In this document: positions 28,101 to 38,723 of the stretch, piece after piece
Layout: every line of letters starts with the position of its first letter
How positions within the stretch are numbered: position 1 is the stretch's first letter
Assembly: GCA_965112155.1 (NCBI GenBank)
Contig: OZ218098.1
Strand: one strand, 5' to 3'
Source of the DNA: Podarcis liolepis
Lineage: Eukaryota
Length of the DNA stretch: 64,000 nucleotides
The notes under the pieces: generated by a model
Database searches by the model: none
What the model was told of the DNA's origin: nothing
What the model saw: only the letters and a program-made list of their open reading frames with translations
Translations under genes and position numbers: made by a program

Positions 28101-31100
28101 TTTTACATAGTGTTTGAATGTAACTGTAAGCAACAGGGTGGATAAATATGTGGCCACACAGTGTGATGTATTCTGCCTAGGAAATGGGTGAGGGGAACAT
28201 TGACTAAATAGGCCTCAAGTCACTGCCAGTTTCAGAGTTCAGCGACCCTGTGATCACACTGCTCCTGACAACCGATTCCTATTCAGCAAGATGCTGTGTG
28301 AAGAGGACTTGCATTATCCCTCTCTTGAACTATGGGAAATCTCTGGAGTCTTGAAAAGGGGGAATCAGTGGTGCAGTGTTGCTTTCCTTCCCTTAACTCA
28401 TAAATAGCTAGGGAAGATGTGTCCCTTTTTGGCAAAAGCTACCAGAACACCCAGTCAACCTACATCCACAAGATACTTTCATAAACCATGGGTTTAATTA
28501 TATAATTACTGCTGCTTCATTCAGCAATAGCTGCGCATAGACCCTAGAAATGCAGGTTGTCTCATTGCCATCAAAGCAGGCAAAGGTGTGACACATGACT
28601 CTATGGGTCATCAGAGATTGCAACATCAAGGCAGCTAAATTCATCTCAAATCAGGTAATTTCTAACGAAGATTAAACCTGGAGGGCTGAAATAGCTAGAC
28701 AGCTGATCCTATTGGCTTTAAATATTTATTTTCATTTATAAAACATTATGTCTCTGATTAAAGAAAAAATAAAGCAAATGTACAATTTAAAAAATCCATA
28801 CATTCTGACAATAGCTCTCTTAAAGACAGATAACACATAACTCTAGCAAATCCAATTCTATAGAGCTCAAACAGTCTACACCAGTAAAGGCGCAATCAAA
28901 TCAGGACAGTCCCTTGGGAGGCCATTTATTCCAAAGCCCAAACATTCCACATAAAATGGTGTGGAAAGGTGTTGGTTTACTCTGCTTAAAGAATTGTCTA
29001 AAAACCTGTATCTGAGAAACCAATCCGATGGAGTGGATGAGCACTTAATTACAGCAAGCATTCTTTCACCCCTATTCTAAGGAAGTCAACACTTATGTGA
29101 TCTATTGAACTGAAGCACAGGAAGAACAAGGTGGTTTGATACTCACAGCATGCCATAATCATGCTCATGGCCAGTTAATTCATTACACAGTTCCTAGAAT
29201 GCAGATGTGGATCACACACAACACATTTTTGCATGATTGAGAAACTTCAGACCAACTCAACATTCCCTCAGGAATCTGAAATCAACTATAAATGAAGATC
29301 AAAAAAGTGCCTAGATCTCACCACTTGAACAACTAAGCTAACAACAATACAGCATAAAAACTCCAAAAAGAAACACATGTTCATTTGATTGGAAGACATG
29401 GTGAAAAATATCCTGAGCATTTGCTATTATGTAATGCACCACTGTATACAAGTAAAAATGGTGGAGAAACTTACCCTTGAAATGCCAACTATTTGCTCAT
29501 CCGGAAGCAAACTGATGCGCACAAAGCATGATTCAAAGTTGACATCTTCCTTCTCCATGAGATCTTTGCCCTGTAGCAGTGTAACATGCAAGGTGTTGGA
29601 GTTCACATTGTATTCCATATTGACTTCCACCTGTCCCACTGTGAACTCATGGCCAAAGTTATTTCCAATTGAGGAGATGGAACAGAGAGAATCGGTGGAT
29701 ATGGACTTTTTCAGTGGCCCGTAGGGAGCCAACTCAAGGTCTTTGTTCATCAGCTCCAAAGTGCCCAACTCATTAATGTTTTCAAAGGTGTCATCCATTT
29801 TCAGGCTGGGCTTGCGAACAGGAGAGGTCCTTTCTCCTGCCTTTCGGTAGTTGCTCGCAGCTCTCTACAGACAGTAAGCAGAACAGAAAGCTAGTCAGAG
29901 CTCAAGATTAACTTTAAATTATTTACTACTGTAAAACATCAACCTTTTGCAAGCCCCAGAGTTTAATTTCCCCACATGACCTTGAACTCTGAACTCAAGT
30001 GGGAGCTCTTAATCAAATCTGAACTCAAGTGGGAGCTCTTAATCAAATCTGCTATTATGATGGCGCACGGGGGGGTGGTGGTGGATGATTGTGGTAACTG
30101 ATGGATTTCTCAATGCCCTTTACCTTTTGCTTGATCTGAGAATATGTGGTCCCATATTTTTGTTCTAGGTATCTGTAGTCGTAGTTTGGAAATGGAGATG
30201 GTGCAGGATAGCTGCCCGACCTCCACAGCTTCCACAGGTTTACTCCAGCTATTGCCAGCAGAACAAGTGCTCCAGTAATATAGATACCTATTTCCCATCC
30301 AGGTGGACTTCTTATGACTGGAAAAAGAGAGAGAGTTATCATGGCACATTGAAATCTTACAGAAACATTATAGGAATATTAAGTAAGTGGCCTTCTGTGT
30401 GGTATCTTCTGTGATACCACCATCAACCCCACACCAACAGTATACAACATTTCACACAAAACTTCACCACAATGGCTTGACACAACGGAACACATCTTTC
30501 TTTTCAAATCTAAACTATAGTCTCTCTGTACAGCGAACTATCTAAGAAAATATGTGATTGCTTAACATAACAGGATTTTTTGTTTACAGCCATTGAAGTA
30601 ACTTCCCAAATTTAGGAAAATTACAACACTTTGTTTTTATCATCACTCTGTAACTTTCTGTTCATAAGAAAAATCTTTCATTAAATGATTTCACATTATT
30701 CAGTTCTTGTTCAATATTTTTGCTGGCTGATCTGTGAATACTACCCATTACTAGTTTATAAAGAAGCATTTTCTTTCTTTCAGCTTTTCAAAATTGATCT
30801 ATTTTTCCTCTTACCAGTGAGAATAAAAATGTGTTTATTTCTTCATGATTTCGGAAAACATTTTCCCCCTACATTTTGACTTTTAGCTTTCAAATATTCT
30901 GTTTCTATATGTATCCAAGCAGTCTCCTCACCAGACTTGGACTGCAATAATCTTTTCAATGTAGATAGATGGCCCACTGTTCAACCATGCTATGAATTTC
31001 ATACTGGCACAGAAAATTGCTCCCACCTGATTATGATAAATGGGAACAGCTTTCAAGCAAACACACATTCTACAGTTTGCAGTGATCTACAAGAAGTGGC

Positions 31101-31886
31101 AATAAGATACACACTTGAACCAACTTAATGCACAACTTCTTCACATACCAAGTATTGTTGTGTTTCTAGAAAGACAGGTATTCACACAACTGCTTCCAAG
31201 AGACCTAAAGCCCCATATACTTTCACTAGCTACTTCCTAACAGAGAAATTAATTTGAAAAACCTCTAGTAACCAGCTGAGACAATAATATATGGTTCTTT
31301 GCTTGGAAACAGATGAATCAATGGTCAGGCGTTAATACTGAGCAACAACACGTCTACATTCCCTAGCCTGGTGCCTTCCAAATTTTAACTACAACACCCA
31401 TCATCCTTGACTATGCTGGTTGGGGCTGTTGTAGTCCAAAACATCTGGAGGACATTAGACTGGGGTAGGCCACCAATTATTCTCCTCAAGCATCTTCTTT
31501 CCACAGACCTTAACTAGAGAACTTACTCTGTGTGCACCTGGTAGTATTGAGCTTCTCATAAATCTCTCACCATCTCACCTAGCTTGGCCCTTAGAATAAG
31601 TTCGTATGTTAGAAAGCTACTGGATTGAAGGTAAGGGCTTCATCAAATGATACATGTGAGATGCAGCCCTCAGTATTTGTCTGGATATCCTCCTGTCTCT
31701 GGGGCTGTAAGAGTTTTCTGGATGTTCTGTCCAGAAAATTTCTAAATGGAAGGCACATCACATTATTATTGTTTGAGCAGGGAGACTTTTACCAAGACTG
31801 ACATCTCCAAACAAAACCCTAGCAGAGTTTGTTCAGCATTCAAGATACTCACCACTGAGTTGGTGCTCAGCAACGTTATTATCCAT
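4299..31886 (-). CDS. SYT12: Synaptotagmin-12, full spliced CDS span (7 coding exons, 1263 nt, 420 aa)
   Basis: Spliced translation [41 protein letters not shown]2A..C2[23 protein letters not shown] matches vertebrate SYT12 as I recall it along its whole length. Exon lengths 34+194+390+216+121+134+174=1263, all introns GT-AG, phases consistent. Confidence 0.97.
6676..6809 (-). CDS. SYT12: SYT12 coding exon 6 (C2B polybasic region)
   Basis: Acceptor cctatcag, donor CAG|gtaag, 134 nt; [20 protein letters not shown]...[18 protein letters not shown]. Confidence 0.96.
7874..7994 (-). CDS. SYT12: SYT12 coding exon 5 (C2B start; below the ORF-track threshold)
   Basis: Acceptor ctgcag, donor G|gtcagt, 121 nt; [40 protein letters not shown]. 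Confidence 0.96.
8276..8491 (-). CDS. SYT12: SYT12 coding exon 4 (C2A second half)
   Basis: Acceptor tgtgcag, donor AAG|gtagc, 216 nt; [20 protein letters not shown]...WLYLQDMNK. Confidence 0.96.
10150..10206 (-). mobile_element. Very short L2 3' tail remnant
   Basis: taataataat...ccctgcccatccagctggg.ctccccagc matches the L2 terminus. Confidence 0.6.
11972..12033. repeat. Compound (TG)n(AG)n microsatellite
   Basis: Direct inspection. Confidence 0.95.
18559..18778. mobile_element. Tc1/mariner (Tigger-like) MITE
   Basis: TIRs cagtggtac...gtaccactg, flanked by TA on both sides. Confidence 0.88.
21050..21280. mobile_element. Tc1/mariner (Tigger-like) MITE, diverged relative of the 18559 family
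   Basis: TA|cagtggtacctc...gaggttccactg|TA; shared internal gttcttaac/ctaatggggcctcc motifs. Confidence 0.85.
21772..21815 (+). pseudogene. 3'-truncated U6 snRNA pseudogene (nt 1-44)
   Basis: gtgctggcttcagcagcacatttactaaaattggaacgatacag versus U6 GTGCTCGCTTCGGCAGCACATATACTAAAATTGGAACGATACAG: 41/44 identical. Confidence 0.9.
23427..23612 (+). mobile_element. Older tRNA-derived SINE; related copies near 19912-20085(-), 41420-41692(+), 59835-59920(-)
   Basis: gctgtagctcactggcagagcat A-box, gggtcaattcc B-box, body ggagagctgctgccag...gacaatactgag. Confidence 0.7.
25049..25125. repeat. Compound (TC)n(AC)n microsatellite
   Basis: Direct inspection. Confidence 0.95.
25223..25331. mobile_element. 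hAT MITE (109 bp) with perfect 8-bp TSD TGATATGT
   Basis: Ends agggtt(tt)gcca / tggcaacccta; TSD at 25215-22 and 25332-39. Confidence 0.85.
27978..28065 (+). mobile_element. Penelope-like element tail remnant
   Basis: gtccatgaaagcttatg..aataaat..gttagt..tttttgctgaaacagact; resemblance recalled, not verified by search. Confidence 0.5.
29475..29864 (-). CDS. SYT12: SYT12 coding exon 3 (linker with PKA motif RKPS, start of C2A)
   Basis: Acceptor ctgtag, donor AGG|gtaagt, 390 nt; [11 protein letters not shown]...[21 protein letters not shown]. Confidence 0.96.
29988..30051. repeat. Perfect 30-bp tandem duplication in the short SYT12 intron
   Basis: tctgaactcaagtgggagctcttaatcaaa x2 followed by tctg. 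Confidence 0.95.
30124..30317 (-). CDS. SYT12: SYT12 coding exon 2 (transmembrane segment, [31 protein letters not shown]...QIKQK)
   Basis: Acceptor tttccag, donor AAG|gtaaag, 194 nt; single hydrophobic TM helix and the [10 protein letters not shown] motif. Confidence 0.96.
31853..31886 (-). CDS. SYT12: SYT12 first coding exon ([12 protein letters not shown]); exon incl. 5'UTR probably 31853-31914
   Basis: Strong Kozak GTCACCATGG; in-frame TAA 27 nt upstream; acceptor ttcttctag at 31915-16; donor G|gtgagt; resembles human MAVDVAEYHLSV; phase 1 matches the next exon. Confidence 0.9.
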
Positions 31887-33075
31887 GGTGACTATCCTGA
31901 GTAAGGGCAGTTACCTAGAAGAATACACAAACAGTGAGGAAATCAAGACAATGCTGTATAGAGTACCTCAAGACCAGATTTATTCTATAACTAATTAATG
32001 AAAAGCTAATACAAACCCTTTCTTCTGTTTCCACAATGATTGGCACAACGATTGGGAAGGGATCCTGCTGTTTTTAGTCATTTTTTGTTCTTTAGTTTGC
32101 CCTCTTGCATTTATTTTAGTTTTACTGGATTGTATTGGGTGCTTTAATTACTTTTATTGTATGCAGTCTAAAAACTTTGGTGTACAGCATCTAATACATG
32201 TATGTAGTATTATGACTACTGATACTACTAATAGCAGAAATGACATTACACACTTTGCTACACATATAAAATATTCCTTTGCATTCTGTCATGGGAAGCC
32301 CAATCCTCTTAGGCTGCTTTGGCTACAGAGGTGCTACAACTGCTGCAGCATCCTGTGTCTCTGTGAAGTGGAGCAGCGCCTTTCTCTGCTCCTGTATTAC
32401 TGGGCCAATGGGCTTGTTGGCCCAATGCTCCAATGGCTCTAACAGCAGCAGGCCTGCCCATATCACTGAAGAGGTCCCTTAGCCCTGTAGTCCCTGGAAC
32501 TAGACCATGCTGGTGTAGGAGAGTTGATGTCTACTGCTAGGCCAGCGTCAGGCCAAAAGGGTTTCACTGCTTGAGGTCCGGGACCAAGAGTCCCAAAACC
32601 TAAATTTCAATGCCATTGCATAATAAAGCAAAGGATCCAGTCATCATGGTTTTAAGAGTACATTTATATGGCAGCTTCCCCTCCACTCTGTGTTTTCATA
32701 TTTCTGCATAAGCTTTGCATTTCATTCTGTTTCACCCAAGAATCTTCAGATCAAATTAGTCACACTTCAGTCCCGTTTAAATAAACAGAACTTTGCACAC
32801 TCATTGGCTAATTTTATGGGACAGAAATGTCACTAACTTAGTCTGGATCTAAACCACTGTAGTATAGCTGCCACCTAATTTCTAAACAAAGGCACTGTGC
32901 CTTTAATCGTTGTGTGATAGGTAGCTCAATAAATGCTACTTTCCCCAACATGAAAAGGATGAAATGGGGGGTTTAAAATAATAATTATATGTCATGCAGT
33001 TGTTATATGCATATGGAAAGCAAAAAGCTGAGAACCCTATTGGTTAATTTTCTTTTTGGTTAATCTGCATCTTGA

Positions 33076-33097
33076 AATAAATAATAATAATAATAAA

Positions 33098-33149
<52 letters not shown>

Positions 33150-33460
33150 TTTATTATTTATTCCCCGCCCATTTGGGTGGGTTTCCCCAGCCACTCTGGG
33201 AGGCTTACAGCATATTTAAAAACAAAATAAAAACATCAAGCATTAAAAACCTCCTGATACAGGGCTGCCTTCAGATGTCTTCTAAAATTTGTGTAATTCT
33301 CTATCTCCTTGAAATCTGAGGGGAGGGCATTCCACAGGGAGGGCGCTACTACTGAGAAGGCCTTCTGCCTGATTCCCTGTAACTTCGCTTCTTGCAGTGA
33401 GGAAACCAGCAGAAGACCCTTGGAGGAGGAGTTTGGTGTCTTGGCTGGACGATGGGGATG
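33076..33460 (-). mobile_element. L2 LINE 3' end with long (ATT)n tail
   Basis: Reverse complement matches 43070-43335; (AAT)n at 33076-33149. Confidence 0.88.
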
Positions 33461-34581
33461 GAGAAATCCTCTGTTTAGGCCTGCTGCAATATATCACCAT
33501 TGTGGCACAGTTGTTCCCAAGAGCTTCTCTTCCCCAAAGGCTTCCTTTACACAGTTAGCCTCATGTTAACCAGCTCCATGCAGCTCAGGCTGATGGTAAC
33601 CAAATCGTGAAATATATTAGCATGAGTAGAATTTTATCTAAAATATGGGGATAACAATACAGTCTCTTTCTGCTGTGCTGTTGTAAGCAAAATTAGCAGC
33701 CAACAACCTAATAAGAAGAGGAAAAACCACCGTGTATGTTGTTTTAGTTTATTGTTTTTGATACGGATACCAGGTTACTTTGGTGGATGAAGCAGGGACA
33801 TGGTTTTGATCACCCACCCAGGTTTTCTTTTTTTGGGGAGGGGGAGGGGGGACTAGCTGCCACAAGCAGCCAATAACACCAAGGCAGCATCCATCTGGCT
33901 GAGTTCCCAATGGCATATGAATTAGGCCTTGGAGTTTGCATTGTAAACTCTTCCAATAACCAGCAGGGTCCCAATGGTCTGCAAGAGAAAACAAGTTTAC
34001 AGTCTCAGCCAGTGTGCTCAGTGTACACTTATGCAAGAAGAGATTCTTCTCTGTCTTTTGGCACTGCATGAGTCACCAGTGCATGGTGTTTTGTGGAAAT
34101 GCGTTATTAAAACCTGCTTCTCAAGTACATCACCCCGGATTAGAGGTCACTGATTGCTGGAACCTTGCAAAATTACTACACTACAACCTGCCAGTGGAGG
34201 AGGTCTGATTTATCTTTCATTCCTGAAGGCTCTTTCTTTGCTTGCTGGGGAGGAATTACTGCATTGTTCCATTCCGTGTCCAGCTGATGAATGGCTCTGT
34301 AAGGGTTTGCTTGAGAATTTCCTGCTTACCCTTTATCCATCTGAGCAGGGAGTGACCCCATGTTTTTCATCGAGAACCTCCATCACGATTTTTCATTACA
34401 ACTCCTAGTGGGTAAGCTGAATATTCAGGTATATGAGGAGCAAGTTGCCCTACAAAGTCTCCCCTAACTCAGCATCTCATGGTCTTTTGAAAAAGACCCC
34501 ACAATGCAGAAAAGGTGGGTTCATGTTTAGTTGTATTTGAGAATCCCCAGATACCGATGAATACCTTAATTTTAAAGCCTA

Positions 34582-35376
34582 TGTCATGGAGTGACTGGAT
34601 GCACAGGATTGGTGGGAGGCGCCAGCTGGGGAGCCCCCAAAGGAAGACTGCTCAGAGCCAGGGGATTGGTGGTGGGACGACAGTGAGTGGTCGGAGGGAC
34701 AGAGTGAGAAAGAACAGATTGGAAGGAGGAAGGGTAATACGCAGGGGAGGTAAGAGTGTTTAGTGAGCAGGAAGAGTCTGTTTCAGACTCTGAGGCACAA
34801 GAGGGGGCTGGAGAGGTGTGGGGCCAGGAGACAAGAGAAGCAGGATGATGAAAGCTGGGTAGTCTCCCTCTCCTGAAGGCATGACTGTTGTGTGTCACAT
34901 GCCTGTTTACACTCCAGCACAGCTTGATGGGAACTTCCATTTGTGTATAACTTTTGCTTATGTGCTGTTCGCTTGGACACAAAAGAGAGAAGACATGTTT
35001 TCCTTTTGTCCTGATGTATGCTGAATAAACTGCTTGTAAATATGCTCACAATTGCCCCAATTCCTTGGCTACATCCCAACACCCAGCTCTCCTCCCCCTT
35101 GGTCTCCTTGGGCATGCAGGGAAATTAAGCAGGTTGAACAGAAATCAGTTTTGTGCAGGCACAGTTTGAGACTGCTTGGGAAAGATCCAGCAGAGAAGTA
35201 GCCTTAGTGTGCACTAGGAAGGCGGGGACCTTTAGTCCTCACACCTGCCTCATCAGGGCAAGACCTGCAGAGAAAGGTTGCTGGGACCACTAGGCTGCAG
35301 TGCTTCTGTTTCACTTACATTCTGCATGGGCCATATTATCTCTTCCAGGCTCTTCACGCTTCCTCAAGAGCAGACA
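34582..35376 (+). mobile_element. Purine-rich LTR-like element (probable Gypsy-type solo LTR) with a nested LTR fragment; right boundary approximate
   Basis: Begins tgtcatgg; GA-rich body; tgtc...gaca ends; no clear TSD. Family assignment is from recalled resemblance only. Confidence 0.5.
34876..35081 (+). mobile_element. LTR 3' fragment related to the 42025 solo LTR
   Basis: Shares catgtttt..tttgt.ctga..gctgaataaact and terminal cc.tggc...atcccaaca with 42025-42400. Confidence 0.65.
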
Positions 35377-36587
35377 GTATTATTATACTATATTATATTA
35401 CTATACTTTCTGGCTTAGAGCACAGTGCTCTGGCAACTTCCTCTCTCTTCTTGCCTGCCTGCTGCACTCCAGTGGTAAAAGGGCACTGTGGAATATGAAG
35501 CCCCTGGTATGGGAGGAGGGAGTCCCACAAGGACAATCTGGCTCAAGGGGTACTGTGAGAGGGGTCTCAGTTCAGGGGTCCCTGGCTTCATGTCAGGCCT
35601 TGTGTATGGGGGTCCAGCACTTCCATGGCTTGCACCATTAGGCCTCTTGATCTGGCTGGCTCCTCTGTCTTTGGGTCAGAGTCCTGGTGGTTGTTTGAGA
35701 TTTGGAAGGCTATTGGAAAAGTTTACAACATTGTCTACCGTCTGTCTGTAGCTCTCTGCTTTTTGTTACTTATGGTTTTACTGAATTGCTGTGTGCCCAG
35801 TGATATCTTGGGAAGAATCAGGCTTGGATGCCATCCATCACAGTAGATTCTGAGGACGTACTTAAGGAAAAATATATTCCAAAGTTTTCATCATATTAAC
35901 TTTACTATTGCCTGCAATTTGTACATCAGCTTTATTTGATGCATTCCATTCACAGATGGAACTCATTTACATTATATTGGACTATTTATTATTTCCGTCA
36001 CATACCGTTTTCATGGATTGTTTATTATTTCTGTTATAGACAAGCTTCATGTTGGTTGTTTAAATTTGTTGAGGCTTAGTTTTGTGATGTGTTGTATTTT
36101 CATTAATGCATGGGTCTTTTATGGCTTATTGGCTGCAACTCATATCATATTGTATTATATAATATAATATCACAGGTTTGAGCCCACTGTTGTATTTTTG
36201 TTTTATCACCTATTTATCATATTTGTCGCTGATTGGTCTGTGATTTGGTCATTTTGCTTGAGGTTTGGATCATGATATCAAGTTGTAGAACTAAGAAAAT
36301 TGACAGCAGCTTGAATAAAGGATACTTCATGTACAAAACCTGTACCAAAAGGAAAAAGGCATAATGGTTTAACACAGAACAGTGGGGTTATAATAAGGAA
36401 AGAAGGAAGTGAAGATACATTGGGGCAGTTTATGTTAGTCCTCACCCAATTTTTTTTTAAAGTAATCAAACTCAAAATGTACATGTGCTTACAACTCAAA
36501 AAGCATTGGGCCACATTTAGAAACCATAATCACCTACATTTTTTGCCACAAAACTTTTCATCCTCAGAGTTGTCATAATTCAAATTA

Positions 36588-36752
36588 ATGTATTTTTCTG
36601 TGTATAAGACTTAAGTTTTCTCCTAAAAAATAATGTCAAAAATTAGGGGGCGTCTTATACACGGATACATCTCCCCCCTTTTCTTAAATCTGAGTCCCCC
36701 AAAATAGGGGGCATCTTATACATGGGGGCGTCTTATAGACGGAAAAATATGG
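36588..36752. mobile_element. Mariner/Tc2-like MITE
   Basis: Ends gtatttttctgtgtataagac and gtcttatagacggaaaaatatgg|TA are inverted repeats; internal gggggcgtcttata repeats. Confidence 0.75.
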
Positions 36753-37849
36753 TACATTACATTGATTCTGCTACAGAATAATATAGAAGTACTGTACTAG
36801 TCAAATGGATTACAATGGGCTATCAAGCAAAAGCCAGATTAAGCACACAACAGCAACCTTCACAACACAGCGAGAAAGCAGGTACTTCTCCTTTCACACA
36901 ATTAAGGAGGGAGGGTGTATTCTGTTTTAAAGACTCCCTGGCTGCTTAGGTTGCACATTTTTAGGACAGTAACTACGTTTTTCTTAATGGAGCAAGCAGC
37001 AATGTACTGTGGGAAAATGGGATGGATTTTTTAAAAACCCTCCTCCATTCTTTCAGTCCCAATCTGACTTGGGTTCCTGCCCACAGCTCTACTCCCTTAA
37101 TTAAGGGACAAAATATATGATCAATGTATCTCTGTCCCATCTATTTTGGCCCATAGCAATGTGGTCTTATAGCTCATTCAATGGAGCCTTTGGCTTCTGC
37201 AGGACTTCTGCCATGCTAACATCTTATCACCAGCACATTTGCCTGTCAACTGGATACAACCTATTGGGGAACAGGATACTCTAATTTGCACTGGTGATAT
37301 AAGCCTATGTTTTCTAAGTTTCAAACATGTTTAGACTTTGTTTTTATGCTCCTAGCTTTAATAAGCAATAATTAGAACCTTTGAAATAAAAAATACAAAT
37401 AAATACCAGCATTTTTATTATTTCAGAGTTCTCCTTCTATAGTTCTGGCAGATCAGCTCTCTGGCCCCTCCCCACCCCCAATTAGGATTTTTAGTTCAGT
37501 TTAGCCATTTCTCCCTTCCCTGCCTTGTTCAAATTCAACAACAATCTTACTAACAGCCTTGCTGTTCAGTTTGTACTTGCTATTTCCCCATCACTCGCCT
37601 CATTTTCTGTGTACAGATGATCCTCTGTTGGATAATATATGGACAAATAATTTAATATGGAGCTGGCCTTATTGAGAGGTCACTGCAAAATAAATAGATG
37701 ATGCCAGAGCTGAGGAAAGGACTCCTCCAACTGTTTATTATCACTACGGCTCAGAGCCTACAGAAACAGTCTCCCAAGGTACATGGGCATTGTATTGCTA
37801 TGTTTAGCCAGAAATTCATTTCCATGCAATAAATAACAATAAAAAATTG

Positions 37850-38723
37850 GCGCCCCATGAAATTTGCAAAAAGAGCTGCGCTGATCCCGGGACTGCAGGC
37901 AGCTCTGTGCCGCCATCCGGAATGGGCGGGACTTCGCGCCCCGCTCCCGATGGCCGCGCAGAGCAGCGCTGATCCCAGGACTGCAGGCAGCTCTGCGCGG
38001 CCACGGGGAGCGGGACGGAGCTTCGCCCCCGGCTCCTGGTGGCCGCGCAGAGCTGCGCTGATCCCAGGACAGCAGGCAGCTCTGCGCCGCCATCCGGTGC
38101 GGGGCGGGACTTAGCGCCCCGCTCCGGATGGCGGCGCAGAGCTGCGTTGGTCCCAGGACTGAAGGCAGCTTTGCGCGGCCACCGGGAGCAGGGCGGAGCT
38201 TCGCCCCCGGCTCCCAGTGGCCGCGCAGAGCTGCGCTGGTCCCAGGACTGCAGGCAGCTCTGCGCGGCCACCGGGAGCGGGGCGGAGTTTCGCCCCGGCT
38301 CCCGGTGGCGGCGCAGAGCTGCGCTGGTCCCAGGACGGCAGGCAGCTCTGCGCGGCCACCGGGAGTGGGGCGGAGCTTCGGCCCCGTCTCCCGGTGGCCG
38401 GGCAGAGCTGCGCTGATCCCGGGACGGCAGGCAGCTCTGCGCCGCCATCCGGAGCGGGGTGGGACTTAGCGCCCCGCTCCCGGTGGCCGCGCAGAGCTGC
38501 GCTGATCCCGGGACTGCAGGCAGCTCTGCGGAACCCTCGGAGCCGGTCTCCCGAGGGTTGCGCAGAACTTCCTGAAGCCTGGAGAGCAAGAGGGGTCGGT
38601 GCGCACCGACCCCTCTCGCTCTCCAGGCTTCAGCGAAACCTGCATTTGCCCCATAGGACGCACACACATTTCCCCTTCATTTTTGGAGGGGAAAAAGTGC
38701 GTCCTTTAGGGCGAAAAATACGG
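37850..38723. mobile_element. Mariner/Tc2-like non-autonomous element carrying the tandem array; left TIR not visible, left boundary approximate
   Basis: Right end gtgcgtcctttagggcgaaaaatacgg|TA, same TIR type as the 36588 MITE; subterminal cccataggacgcac repeat. Confidence 0.65.
37872..38530. repeat. GC/CpG-rich tandem array, ~7.5 x 88-89 bp, each unit two hairpins
   Basis: agagc(t/a)gcg recurs at 37872, 37960, 38049, 38138, 38227, 38315, 38404, 38493. Confidence 0.95.

Noticed and set aside
37872-38530. CRISPR-like repeat-spacer appearance
   Set aside because: Eukaryotic locus; the 'spacers' are themselves repeated variants, and there are no cas genes.
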